Counted from the first letter of the stretch, positions 37,500 to 50,500 are shown. The stretch: DNA of 64,000 nucleotides from Takakia lepidozioides (GCA_030704615.1 CM060731.1:50530001-50594000), one strand, 5' to 3'. Numbers and translations: made by a program. The notes: generated by a model from the sequence alone, not told the origin.

Positions 37500-39588
37500 C
37501 TCCCATGAGATCCAAGCGCTTCCCAAAAGTCGTTATATAACGCCATTTTCTTTCCAAATCTATTCATACCATAACCATTATGGTTATTGAAATGTCTTCT
37601 CCCTTCACATTTGCGCTAGTTTTTTCCTTTGTTTTGGATTGACATGCATTTAGGCATGTTACAGTTTGTTTTCTATGTTACATCTTAATAATACTAGGTC
37701 CAGGTTCCAACGACGAGTCTTTCATTTAAATACTTGTCCATAATATTACGTTCTTTATTTATTTTTTGCTTACTAGTACCCTACTAACAACACTAAGTTC
37801 TAGCGAAGTCTGGAGTTTTCCATAAGACTTATTGTTTGTCTATTTTGTAACTTAAACAAAAACCCTAAACCCTTATCCTAAACCCTTACTAGAAAACCCT
37901 AAACATTTACCCTTAACCCAATACCCCAGAACCCTTTCTCTTCCCTTTGCAAATGGGAATCAACTATCCATACCATAATTATAACCATTTTGGTTATCCA
38001 AATCTCTTCAATGTAACCAAATTTCCATTTTGTACCATACTAACACACACTAAGTTGTAGCGAGTGCGAGTCTTCCGGCATGTATGCTCACCATTTCTGC
38101 CTTCAACCCAAGCCCCCTAAACCCTCGTCGAAAACCCTATGCCATTGTTACGTCTAAACCCTTACCCTTCCCCTTCAACTGGGAATGAAATATCCATACC
38201 ATAACCATAACTATTTATGGTTATTCAAATTTCTTCGCCCTTCACCTTGCGCAAGGTTTTGCCTTTGGTTTGGATTGACATCCACTTACCTTTTTTATCG
38301 AACTTTGCTTTCTATGTATCTTAATACCAGGTTCCAAGGACGAGTCTTTCATTTAAATACTTGTCCGATGCAATGACTACACTTCCATAATATTAGGTTC
38401 TTCATTTTTATTTTGCTTAGTACTACCTTACTAACAACACTAAGTTGTAGCGAGTGCGAGTATTCTGGCATGTATGCTCACCATTTCTGCCTTCAACCCA
38501 AACCCTAAACCCTCGTCGGGAACCCTAAACAAAACCCTACGCCATTGTTACGTCTAAACCCTTACCCTTCCCTTGCAAATGAGATCGAAGTATCCATACC
38601 ATAACCATATGTATCTTAATACCAGGTTCCAAGGACGAATCCTCAATCTACATACTTCTCCGGCCCAATGACTCTTCCATGATATTTGTTTCTCCATTTT
38701 TTATTTTATTTTTTATCCTTCTAACACACACCAAGTTCTAGCGACTGTGAGTCTTCCATATTTGTTTGTCCAATAGTGTTCTTAAACCTGGCAAACCGAA
38801 AACCCTACCTTTACCATCACCCCTAAACCATTAATCTTACCATAAACCAATAACTTTAGCGTACTACCCTAGTTATATTCCAAACCTTATTATACTACCA
38901 TGTTACATCTTCTCAATGTTTCATGCTCTTTTAATATTTTCTTTTGTTGGATAAGGTATGATAGAATGATTACAGGGATATCAAATTCCTCAACCATATC
39001 TTAATTCTACCGAGTGTGAGTCCATCATATTTGTTTGTCTTTTTAACCCTAAATCCAAACCTTATTACACTTCTATCTAGTTACACCCCAAACCTTATTA
39101 TATTACCCTAGTACCTCTTCCGAATGTTTCATGCTATTCTAATATTTTACTGCCCTTGTCACATCCAAAACATGATTCATTCCAATGGCGTGGTATGTGA
39201 ACATTGTGCTTCATATGAAGATTCAATCAATAAAATTACTAGCAAGTTGTATCGAGTATGGTAGAGTACGAGTTTGGCCCATGTTCGATGCGACCCATTT
39301 GTTAATCATGATGACCTGCAATGGAATATTACTTTATTCGACTTCCAAGTGGACGTTCAATGAATTGTTCAATACTGCTACTTCACATTGAGCACTTCAA
39401 TGTCAAATGGACCTCTTCTATGACACATTTTGAAAAGAAGTATGACATCACATGAAACTTCACAAAGTTCAATCACACATTACACCATGATATTATTAAT
39501 ATTTTAATTAAATTTAACACAAATATATATTAAGTTTAGTCCGGATTTAAGCCAAAAGTCCAGAATTAATTAAAATAGAATTAATACC
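37500..39588 (-). repeat. Right terminal region with ~260-390-bp tandem units and AAACCCT telomere-like motifs
   Basis: CTAACA(C)ACACTAAGTT(G/C)TAGCGA recurs near 37783, 38040, 38432 and 38720. Ends ...AATTAATACC at 39588. Inverted homolog of 2664-3760. Confidence 0.75.
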
Positions 39589-40857
39589 TCCTGCAGCTTG
39601 TGTAATGCTTTGTCAGAATCGATAGAACACTGCTTGACTGGATCAATTCTCCTCTAACATCTGGTAAGCAGTAATGAGGTTTTATGCCAACTAGGCATCT
39701 TTTCTATCTCCCCCCCCACCCTCTTTGTTGCTTATGAATATCTTGCCTGACCAAACTCTATGTAACTGCCCTGTCTGGACAAGTCTTAGGGCTATTACTT
39801 TGTGGAACATTTGGAAAGCTAGGTGCTCATTTGTATATGAGGGCAAACCCCCCGGGGGTAGGTCAAGCCTTTTTTGCATATATCAAGACCTGCTTATTGA
39901 GGGGAGAAAAGAATGGGGCGTAATGTCTGCAGCTATTTCCACATCTTCAGAACTGCGTGGGAGGAAGCTCCTCACTGATTTTCAACAGTCCTGGGGTAAA
40001 AATGGCATTCTAGGAGCCAGTGTTTCCAACGAGCGCTTTTGCTGGCAAATCTCCACTCCAACGACATGGGATGTCTCCTGGTGATGGAGACAAAGGGGAC
40101 TTCAATTGGAGGCACAAGAAGCCTCGACTGACCAAGTCTCGAACCCAATTGCGCTTCTAGATGGCTTTCTTTCCCTGTCAATGCCTTTCTTACGATTCTA
40201 AGCATTTTTTTCGCACCCAGGCCCTGTTTGGGATCACCTCTTGCAGATCTGCCGTCCACCTCTGCTTGCCAGCAGGCGGTGGGGCCTTTGGTATCTTTCT
40301 TTTTAGTTCTGCGGCCTCGGCCAGTTGGTTATGGGACCTTTCTTCTCCTTGGTCTTCAGCCTAGGGCCATTGGATTTGCAGGCTAAATTCTCCTTAAGGC
40401 TTATCTGAAGTCTGCATCTCTGGCAAGCAGGCGGTGGGGCCTTTGGTATCTTTGTTTTTAGATCTGCAGCTTCGGCCAGTTGGTTATGGGACCTTTCTTC
40501 TCTTTCAGTTTGGGTCTTCAGCCTAGGGCCATTGTGTTTGCAGTCTCAATTTCTCCTTTAGGCTTATCTGAAGCTTGCATCTCTCGTTGCTTCCTTGACA
40601 CTGCTTACCAGCAATCTCCCTTACGCTTTGTTATTTGTCCATCTCTCTCTCCTCTACCCGACTTGGTTTGCTATCTGCTCTGCGTTGTTTTTTTTCATGT
40701 AGCTCATTTGCTATGGCTATGGGGTGTTTCCCTTCAGTTAGCCTTACTGCCTCCCTGGTGGTTATTTTTTTCACCTTATGTGAACTTTATTTATTTAATT
40801 TGATTAAAAAGGCCTCTGTCCCTTTATTATTTATTTATTAAAAAAAAAAAAAAAAAA
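39589..40857 (+). mobile_element. 3' end of an L1-like LINE with poly(A) tail
   Basis: SCSLCNALSESIEHC (zf-RVT) and LWNIWKARCSFVYEG. The 3' UTR has a ~155-bp tandem duplication (40271/40427). A18 at 40840-40857. Confidence 0.8.
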
Positions 40858-40873
40858 CCAAAAGCTACTTACC

Positions 40874-41061
40874 GGAGTTGCCATTACTGACAGACACATT
40901 ATTGTGCACAAAGGGAATCTTTACCGACACATTTGTGTGAGGTCAAAATGTCAAAACCGTCTGTCGCGGAGTTGCCATTACCGACAGACACATTATTGTG
41001 CACAAAGGGAATCCTTACCGACACATTTGTGTGAGGTCAAAATGTCAAAACCGTCTGTCGC
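40874..41061 (+). repeat. 94-bp near-perfect tandem duplication
   Basis: 40874-40967 is repeated at 40968-41061. Confidence 0.9.
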
Positions 41062-41179
41062 GTAAACGTGGCCCTTAATGAGACATCCGGCGGTGGGTGT
41101 GACCAAGGCTGATTTTTGCACCTGTCACAAGGCATTTTATAGGCAAAAAAAGGCAAAAACAAAATGAGCCTGTCAAAAG

Positions 41180-41330
41180 AATGCCTCAATGATCTTTGAT
41201 CACGTGGAATATAATGTTGGCAGGATTTACCAAGCATATTGGGTGTGGTAGGAATGCTTTGGAGACCTATGAGCAAATGCTGCGTGGAGGGGTGAACCCC
41301 AACCACATCACGTTTGTTTGTGTTTGCAAT
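41180..41330 (+). pseudogene. Isolated PPR fragment inside CCTGTCA-rich repeat DNA
   Basis: ITWNIMLAGFTKHIGCGRNALETYEQMLRGGVNPNHITFVCV is highly similar to 12655-12800 (minus strand). Confidence 0.75.
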
Positions 41331-41888
41331 GAGAAAAAAATGCCTGTCACAGTGAAAGTCAAAAACAAAAATAGCCTGTCAAAAGAAAGGCAGAAATTTC
41401 TGATAATTAGGGGTAATTTTATTACTAAGTCCACCTAGGAGAGGCTCACAAAGCCTGAAAGGTACAAGTTATGAATAGAGAATCTACCAGAGATTACTGA
41501 TAGTTATTAGCAATTTTATTAGTAAGTCCACTAGGAGAGGCTAAAAAAGGTACAAATTGTTAATAGTTATTACCTAGGGGAGCCTCACAAAGACACTGCC
41601 GGCCCTTTTTTATTGTGTTTCAAGCCTTAAACCTCTAAGTAGGCTCTCCCTCTTTGTTTCCTATGCGTGCTATAGCCTCCATTCTTAGTGTGTTTTTTTT
41701 TTTTTTTTTTTTTTTTGACAAGGGTGTTGCGTAGACGGATATTGCTTTCCCGTTTAGGGTCTTCACTCTTGATACACCCTTGTAAAATGCACAATTAAGT
41801 ATTGGAGTCTGGTGGCCAAAAGCATTTGTGGAGGAGGTGCCATATTCAAACAACCGCACCTAACTTGACCCGGCCATACTTGCATGAT

Positions 41889-42060
41889 TTTTTTTTATAA
41901 AAAAATTAAGAGAACAGTGGACAGTGGCCCTGGGTACTTTATTAAGAAAGGTAGGTATAAAGCAGAACAGAGGGAGGAAAAAATAACCTCCAAGAAGGCC
42001 GTAAAGCGTGTCGAAAGGGGAACACCCTGCAAAAAGGGGGGGGGGAGTAGGAGTCTAAAA
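41889..42060 (-). mobile_element. Short 5'-truncated LINE tail
   Basis: Reverse complement GCCTTCTTGGAGGTTATTTTTTC..A-rich end resembles the 3' UTR at 40740-40857. Confidence 0.45.
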
Positions 42061-42859
42061 AACGACGACGATATGGGAAAACTAAATCTTTCCTTACAAA
42101 CTTACAAATCATCTGGCATGTTGTATTTCCTAGCTCATTGATAAGCCCAGAAAATATCTCTGAAAGAAGAGAGGCTTGGGGCTTCCTATGAAGAGTTAAA
42201 AATGCTAAAGTCTTATAGTTAGAGAATAAGTGGTACGAATGCTAGTTTGGGTTGGAGCCCATGAAAATAGTAAAGACAATACCATATGTATTTCGGACTC
42301 GAGCTTCACTAATTGTAGTTGTAAGAAAGTTCACACTTCTTTTTATTTTTCGTTTTAATTTCATATGACAAAATTCTGTGAAAGGTCAAAAATCTGTCAA
42401 CCTGTCATGTGAAAGGCATTTTCTCAAAGTTGTCCGTCACAGTGAAAGTCAAGAAAAAAAAAAACCTGTCACGAAAAAGGTAGGGCTACATGTCAAAAAA
42501 CAACACTGGGTGTGACGGCAGTAGAGCGGGTACGTTATTATGAGTGTGGACCAGGGGGGACCAAGGGTGGGTGACCAAGCCTCGCTGATTAGGAATTATT
42601 ACATCAGGATTCAGGACGGTTTATACGTTAGTCGGTAGACTGATGCTCCCGCGTTGCATGCAGGAGTCAGGACCTACCATTTTCACATGGGATGGATTTC
42701 GCCGACATGATTCGCCTTGCCCCCGCGTGCGTACAGACGAGAGACGTGTGCTATTTGCTATTTCGTACAACAAACTACAGTATGGTATGTACGGACAACA
42801 ATTAGTACGGCAGGAGGAGTGAGTGTCCATGTGCGCAAGTGCCGTTCCCGCACGGTGAA

Positions 42860-43515
42860 CGTCGCAGATCAGTGATTTTTTTCATTAAATTTGAAAAATA
42901 GCACGAGTGGCTACAAGAAATAGCTATATATTCGATTCATCCATTGAAAATTTGGATAGAATCATCTTCCTATGTAATTTCATCCATTTATATCATCCAT
43001 ATTTGGCAAATTCATCCATTATCTTTTTTTCCCTTGTAGAAGTTTGGCGATTTCATCCATGAAAAAATTGGGGATTTACGACAAAATATTCCATTTTAAT
43101 GTTTTGAGGTCGCCATTTGGCGATTTGTTGCCAAAAAAAAAACCACTTTCGCAGATCAGTGAATTTTTAAGAAATTTAGAAAACAGCACGAGCAGCGGTT
43201 TTTTTTTCATTTAAGAATTTGAGCCACGTTGGCTCCCGGCTGACCTATGAGGAAGATCAATTGGCGACTCTGTGGAACCGCTCGCTACTGTCAAGAATGT
43301 TCGATGAGTTTTATGCGAACTCAAATCACGTAGTGTTCAGTTTGTGGAAATCATCCATATTTGACGAATTCATCCATAAGTTATTTCTTAGTTGTGAGAA
43401 ATTTTGGCGATTTCATCTATGAAAAAACAGGGAAATGAGACAAAATATTCCATTTATTTTTGAGGTCGAAATCTGGCGAAAATTCGCCTCTAAGAAAAAC
43501 GCTGTCGCAGATGTC
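42860..43515. repeat. Two copies of an AT-rich MITE-like repeat
   Basis: TTCATCCAT..TTTGGCGATTTCATC..ACAAAATATTCCATTT..TTTGAGGTCG..TGGCGA..TCGCAGAT at ~42990-43160 and ~43350-43512. Confidence 0.6.
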
Positions 43516-43821
43516 CCGGTTTGTGGTAAATGGGGCCTGGCCCACAATTACGTACAGACGTATGATAAGTAGGAGACGATTGTGTGAAGGAAAGCGGCGT
43601 TCTGGCTACTGAGTGAATTACGTATACTTAGGCTGCGGGCAAGGGCAGCTCATCAGTGTTGTGAAGGCGGGGAAGTCGGATCGAAGGCATGGCTGCTCGT
43701 GGTCGAAGCGGGCCTAGTGAGAAAGATGATTCCAAGACGTTGGAAAGTAGTCGGGTGAGCTGCTTACATGAGGTCTGTGATGCTCGCTTACAAGATAGGC
43801 TTCAACACTCTTCTGTCGCCG

Positions 43822-44455
43822 TTCTGACCTGCGGATTGTCTCTGTGTTTCTCTTTGGTGGTAGTGGGGATTACGGTCAGGTGGTAGCAAGTCTGTGTGTA
43901 CACTAAGGGGGGTTTCACTGTGGCTGGTGGGGAAGCAGCAGAAGGTGGAAAAAGACATCCGGGAGTCGGAAACCACGGACCGTGTGAAGGTCGTCTTGGA
44001 CAAGAGTGTGGATCCCACGGTACTCGGCTTTTATGATGAAATTCGTAATTCAAAAACTTTGCGAGCTGTGTGGGTTCGCGTTTTCATGTTCGTGCAGTTG
44101 TAGATGTGAACATCAGGCTCGGTGCTACGAGTGGCTTTTCTGACTTGCGGATTGTCATTGTAGTTCTCTTTGGAGGTAGTATCTAGGGATTACGGTCAGA
44201 CCTGTGATGGCAAGTATGTGTGTAGACTAAGGGAGGTTTTATTGTGGCTGGAGGGGAAGCGGCAGGAGGTGGAAAAAGAGAAGCCTTTCCAGGAATTGGA
44301 AACAGAAGAGGTGGAGGGCTTCTTGAGCAAGAGTGTGGATCCAACGGTGCTGGGCTTTTATGATGCGCCTACCGAGAAAATCCTAAATCGAAAACTTCGA
44401 GAGGTGTGTTGAGATTTCATGTTCGTGTAGTTGTAGAAGTCAACCTCAGGGCTTG
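43822..44455 (+). repeat. Diverged ~315-bp tandem duplication
   Basis: TTCTGAC(C/T)TGCGGATTGTC..CAAGAGTGTGGATCC..TTCATGTTCGTG occurs at ~43822-44125 and ~44138-44455. Confidence 0.75.
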
Positions 44456-46849
44456 GGGTTCGACTATGCTACGACACGCTAGCTGCAAGTAGAATCCCAG
44501 AGGTGTTTGATGTTGGATCGTGGGGACTCTCTTTACTGTGCATCTTGCTGCTTGATGATACTTTCAACTTGGAACCACTTGGCTGGCTGCCATGCTGCAT
44601 TCCTTCTTGTGTGGACCGGGAGTGATGATGGGCTGTTGCTGCAGCTAGGAAAGAACTTTGGAGCTAGGGTACGCATTGTTAAAGTTCGCGCGGATCATGA
44701 TTTTATCGTCCGATATCGGGTTTGCCTCTTCATTTCGTTTTCTTCTGATTATCACTCCTCCGTTCTGTGACGTTCTTGCTATAACACGTCTTGTCTCACA
44801 GTGTCTTTAGATCTATTTGTATCGAGCAGATTCAGATTCAGACGGAGGGTATAAGGGGAAATTGCTGCGAAGTGAAATTGATTTGACATGTCTTCGTTTG
44901 CAGCTTTCCGAGCTACCGTCCATATTATTTACAACGCAGCATCCCTGGGCACAATGTTCGTGGGGACCCTCCAAGAAAAAGGACATAATTTCTGAGATAG
45001 AGAAAATTCTAGATTCTTCAAATCTCGAAAAAAAGAGAAAATCCGGGGAGCTAGACATGCCCCGGGACGAAAGTGATATGAACAACAAGAAGAGGAAAAC
45101 ACCAATCAAAGCAACACGCCACAAATCTTGAAGACCTCCGTTATAAATACCCCGCATTATAGTGTGAAGATAGAGCTCTATAATAGACATAGTTGGTTGG
45201 CATCCGATCAGTGTGCTCCTGTTGTACGTTCAAGTCCTCGGTTGTTGATGGAAAAGGTCACTATGCAAGGAAAATGGTTAATTTTGAGTTTTTCAACTGA
45301 TTATGGATGACGATGTCATTACTCAACTACAGCACTTGTTGTGTGTGAATTCTAAGTTAGTCCACTCATAATCTCAAAGTATTTCGGAGTCCCAGAATGG
45401 ATTTCATTTTTTATTATTATTTTTGAAAGGGAAACACCTGGGAGCGACAGCTCACAAATCAGGCCCCCTTAACCCTTAAACGACGACGCGACCTAGGTCG
45501 CATCGTTTTTCATCCATGGGGTAACTTCCTCGGATGACATCCGATGGAAGTAGTTCCTGAACGAAAAAGCTGGCACATTGAATTCTCTGCCCGCTCCAAT
45601 TTAGAGCGGGCAAAACCAATAAGTATTCCGCCTTGTACATCGTTCAGGTAGCAAGATTTGACCCCAGAATCATCTAAGCGAGGAAGGAACCAACCGGTTC
45701 CAAGTGTTCCTTTCACTATTCAAATGAAGCTATGTCTTTAAATACGCCATAATTGTTTCTTATGTATGTAATGAAACGACTCTCAAGAGAAAAGGGTCTA
45801 CATCAATAATCACGAATGGATTAGTGCAACAATATAGCCACATCTAGATTGGTGCTGAGGGGATAGCCGAGAGAGTCGTGAGATTTCCAAACTTATAAAT
45901 CACCATATAAACCACACATGAGATCTCTTACAGAAAGAGAATCACCGGGAATATCTGCAAGGAATTTGTCTCTCGTTGCCTCCTCCCCCCCAAACGTTAT
46001 TGAGATCTTTCACCACATCTTGTATTCTATGTTTGGGTGAGTTCCACAACTTGTCTTCTGGTAGCTATCCCATGATCGAACACTCCATCCATCTTTGAGA
46101 GAATCTTCTCCTTGAGAGAACTGAAATGAATTATTTTTACTAGTGCCGCTGCTAGTCTATTGAAAGGCATATTTGGCAACAAATTTGCAGCCTGCTACCT
46201 ACAGAGAAGTAAAAATACTCAATAGATGTACTTAGCCTTATGGCGGTAGATCCACTGTCTCGACAAACGGAGGAAAAACTTAAATCGGGATGGGGAGCTT
46301 GCCACCAAAATCATGCAATACATATGCACGATTATAAGTTTTACGTGTGCAATGAATCAGATGGGCCCATGAGCAACAAAGTTAAATCAAACGTTTATAT
46401 GTAGCAATGGTGCAGACTGATCTTTGGAGGGTTTTGAAGGGCCCTATGTTTACCTGGTAGAACTCGATAATGTGCATGCATGCAGATCATTGCGGGGAGC
46501 ACTTACTGGTTGGTCTACCGCTTGCTGGTCGGGTGGCACCGCCGGTGGAGTTGGATTTGTTGTAGGTCTCTTACCAACAGCGGCTATGCCCTCCTTCACT
46601 CCACTAGCTACCGCCTCGCGAATGGCCTGAGCTAGATCTCCCGCTTTCATGGTGATAAGTTCTTCTGGCACATCATTTTCTTGTGTTTTCTCAACCGCAG
46701 CCTGTGTATGGCTTGTCTCTCCCTCCATCGACTCTGGAGATGTGCTACTCCTACGCTTGGAGATTATATTCCACTGAAGCAACGAGCTTCCAGAGCCGAA
46801 CGTCAGTTGGCTCATAAACCACAATTCTCAGAAGGTCGAAATCTGCTAT

Positions 46850-49800
46850 GATAATACTATTTTAGCTAATTCTGGACTTTTGTTTGGTCCGGAAATAATA
46901 TTAGATATATGAATAAATATAATCCATAATAGAATAAAAGAGATATATCTATAATTATTTGGCTATTTGTGCACTATATAACAACGAATTATATAATCCT
47001 CCACACATTCTACGCAGAAATACAAGTATGTATTGTGGTCTTAGAGGAACATCCACTGCCAAGTTGACGTAATGGGAGAATGCAATGAATCAAACAATGG
47101 TGAGAGCTCCGGTATCCAAAATGACATAAACAATGGCAGAACCAAATATGAAACAATGATGACATGTGATGAAGAGGACAACATGGAAAAACAAGTCTGT
47201 CGGGACTTGATTGATGATATGAAACATTCATATTTTATTTGAGATTGTATCATTCAAGGCGATGGACCAACAGAAAATGAACGTCAACTGTCCATCCGTT
47301 CATGGACTTAATTCCATACAAGTCATAGATTCTGAAGCCATAGAACTGTAACAGCTTATACTAACTCATTAATAATATTGAGCCTCCCCCCAAACGGCTC
47401 GTTGTCAAGGCATGTGTCACCACAACCACTTGCAACGGTCTCCGCACCAGAGGAAACGGAGATACTTTCAGGAAGGTGAAACCGGTTGACATTGTCATCT
47501 GAAATGTTACTGCCAACTCTACTTGATGCCCTTGAAGCCTCCCGGCACACCCGCCATTCTTCCTACTCAAAGCCCAACTGACTCTCACAGTGTCTCCCAG
47601 CATGTCAATGTCGATGTAGGTAACGAATGACACATGGAGATTTGTGGTGTCTTTAAGTATTTTAAATGGAACAAATTGTGTGTATTGCATCTGGTTGTGT
47701 TCTGGTTCCTTCCAAAATATAAAATGTTCGTCGACCCATACAATGACAGGTTTCTTTTGGATGAACTCAAACCGCACCTTGAAGAGTTGCGGTTATCCGG
47801 AAAAGACGCTGATATATTCAACGTGGAAAAACACATAGGATGTCGACCGTATAATGACCCAAAGGTCAAATGCCTCTTGCTATGGGATTTGCAGTGACAG
47901 GTTTATCTTAAAAAACAAAAATTTCCTGACACTTCCTTGGAACAGATTGAAACGTAGATGACTATTCAAGATTTTCCTGAACCTCGACTGTACAGTGGAC
48001 GTTGCTCCCAATGTCAATACTGTCCATGGTTTATCTTGATTACCACCTAAGTGGATGTATGAATTTCTCACATATTGCAGCACCAGTTTATCCACTTGCG
48101 AAAGGATTGCGTTTGATAATTTTTTACCTGAATGGAGTTTTGTGCAAAATCTTGAAACATCAGGAGAGGTACAATGTCCCCCGGATGTCCGAGACAGACT
48201 ACATGATACAGCTCTTGTTGGATTTCGACTTGTCTATATGCGGAAAAAAATATCGTGAGATGTGGACATAGTTGAACAAACATTTCCGTCTAGGAATATG
48301 AAGCTGCATGATGTACAAGAACTTGCAGTCTGTCCTGGATTTTATGCTTCGGGGTCTCCCTCAGCCGACATTCGTTATGTCTCAAGAAGATTCCACCCTC
48401 AATTTATATCAGGATACGACCCACCGAGTCTATTCTTGAAGCCATTGATGACGGTCTGGCAAAGATTTGGTGGTCAGTACAACAGGAGTAACACTCTACT
48501 CATTGACGATTCTGCTATTAAGTGTGTGTTGAACCCGCCTGAATCCTGTCTGATTCTAAAATCGTTTGAATCCGTGGACACGGACTCTTGCTATCTCCAG
48601 AAGATTCTCTTGAAATATTTGCTTGAAATGAAGAAATCTCGCACCGTTTCACAATAAGGTGCCACAGCCAATAGCTGTCCAATGGTAATCTCTGCTTTGG
48701 TCTGGCATATTACTTCAGCTTATCTCGGGGAAAAGAGGATAGGACTTAAGCCTTATCAAAATGTTTCCACCGATCCCAAGTTTAAGCCTCTCTTGGATTA
48801 TATTGATGATTCTAATTACCGGAATCTCCGATATGATGCTTCAAAATAAAGATTTCACTGATCAACCACGTCTATGATGCAATCTCAATTTTTGGTTGGT
48901 TTTTCTCTAGGTTGTATTGTATTTCTATAAGGCCTGTATCCTATAGGATCGGGGTGGTATAGGGTGGAGAAACGCAAGGATGAGACAAAGAAATAGCAAA
49001 CAATTCTATGTCAATTCACATTGAGACTGAGTTCGTTTGGGCAGGTTCATGGAGATGCTGCCGATGCAAACTTCTCGTCAGGACCTCCATTGCATATCAT
49101 AAATTCATCGACAGAGGGACAATATTCAAACTAATGTTCAGATTTATGTCATCGACGGTGAAGCATCATCCAGGCACTTGGCTTCCGTTCAATTGCACGA
49201 CCCTCTTCTTCAGTCCATTCCTAAAAATGATGTTCCGTCGCGTGATTGTTTAGGATTGAATGTCGAAGGTGGAAGCCAACCTGACAAATGTGTAGGGGAT
49301 TTCGTGGACCTTACTGTACAATCCTCACCCTCCCTGTTAATTGTCAAGGGTCTGAAATCTACCTCGAGAATGTCAGCCATTGAGGACGCGGTTGAGGCTG
49401 TGGCTCCACAGCACACTGTTGCCTCTCTTCCCTCATTCTCTCCCCAGCACGAGGGTTGGATAGCCCAAATCAGAAGGAGTCAGGTAAAATTACTTATATC
49501 TGAATTCTTACTCGTCCTTTTGTTTTCCTTAGTACTGGGTCTGATGTTCTTGTTTTACTCCAGGCCAGAAAATCTGCGGATTATGACATTCCTGTCAAAC
49601 GACGTCTTCATTGGAATTATGTTCCGAGGTAATCCCTTTATTACATGTGAATTCCATTCAGGATGTGGAGTGCTCAAGGAACAATTTCCATTCCGTTCTC
49701 CTTCTCCGCAACCCTTTGGACGGGGACAGGACGAAACAATTGCAACTTTTCGGCTTCCTGACCCTGCAGTGTTTGCGCAATGTTCTGCACCGAGGAAGCG

Positions 49801-50500
49801 GAATAGAGCCCCCAAACCATTTCCATCTCTTTTACAAATCGGTTCCACCGGTGGAAGAAATCGGTTCCACCGGTTCCGTGACAAAGCAAACTCACGGAAG
49901 AAAATGATTACCTCGGACATACCGGGGTCTCGTCAAAACACGTCCGTTGGGATCCCAAGTATGCCATTGAGACTTTCCAATAAGGCGACATCGGTATTAT
50001 TCGATATCATTTCTCCACTTTCTTCTCTTTTGTGTTCGTTTGATTCTACACTAATTAACTCCATCTTTTCTCAACAGGCGGGGATGCAGCACGATACCTT
50101 CATCAATTTCCCTCCGTATAAGGTACTTTCTTGAACCTCCACTTGGCAGTCGACGTTCCTCTTCTTCGCAATATTAACCCTCTTCTCGAAACATTCCAAG
50201 CCCACAACACGTACAAGATTTTGCCACTTTTTGCACAATCGTGTTGATCTTCCATACACTCAATCCTTCTGGGTCATGGGTATTTTCATGGCAGAAACGC
50301 TAATGTCAGTGTGTGATTACCTTGCTCAGGATAACTTTGTCTCTCATCCTTTACATGCAACAGCGGGGAAGAGGAAACGGATGTTGTTAATTTTGAATGT
50401 CAACGGACTTCTCTGCTACCGGCCACCCCCAACCGGCGGTGAACTGTTTAAGGAGAAATTTCGTTTCAGGAATGCGACACTTCAAGTTCCTGACAGACCG
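46850..50500 (+). mobile_element. Third, related large-transposon fragment with FCP1-like cargo
   Basis: Begins with CTATTTTAGCTAATTCTGGACTTTTG..TCCGGA like the ends at 2664 and 39588. Carries the 26-bp palindrome at 47979 and 50133. Confidence 0.55.
48100..48850 (+). pseudogene. FCP1/SCP-like HAD phosphatase remnant
   Basis: LRLIIFYLNGVLC..LFLKPLMTVWQRFGGQYNRSNTLLIDDSAIKCVLNP. A second N-terminal piece LLILNVNGLLC lies at ~50380. Confidence 0.65.

Larger units (their letters stand above)
23770..39588 (+). mobile_element. Large DNA transposon (copy 2): CTD-like ORF, ParB/MTase-like gene, Sola-type transposase, long right terminal region; LINE inserted
   Basis: Co-oriented genes share a 26-bp palindrome (24027, 24919, 26044, 28410, 35340, 36940). 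The right end is an inverted homolog of 2664-3760. The left boundary is uncertain or truncated. Confidence 0.65.

Noticed and set aside
37860-39060. True telomere or interstitial telomeric array
   Set aside because: The motifs are scattered and degenerate within larger repeat units, not a pure array.
2664-39588. One single 37-kb transposon bounded by the inverted ends
   Set aside because: No TSD is visible, the ends are clearly diverged, and two different ParB-gene copies lie inside. More likely these are ends of two related copies.
44817-46824. Small ORFs 44817-45131 and 46450-46824
   Set aside because: Protein-like but without recognisable motifs or a supported gene structure.
49178-50134. 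318-aa ORF as a single protein
   Set aside because: Appears to read through AT-rich intron-like segments and has no recognisable domain. Probably exons of a decayed TE cargo gene.
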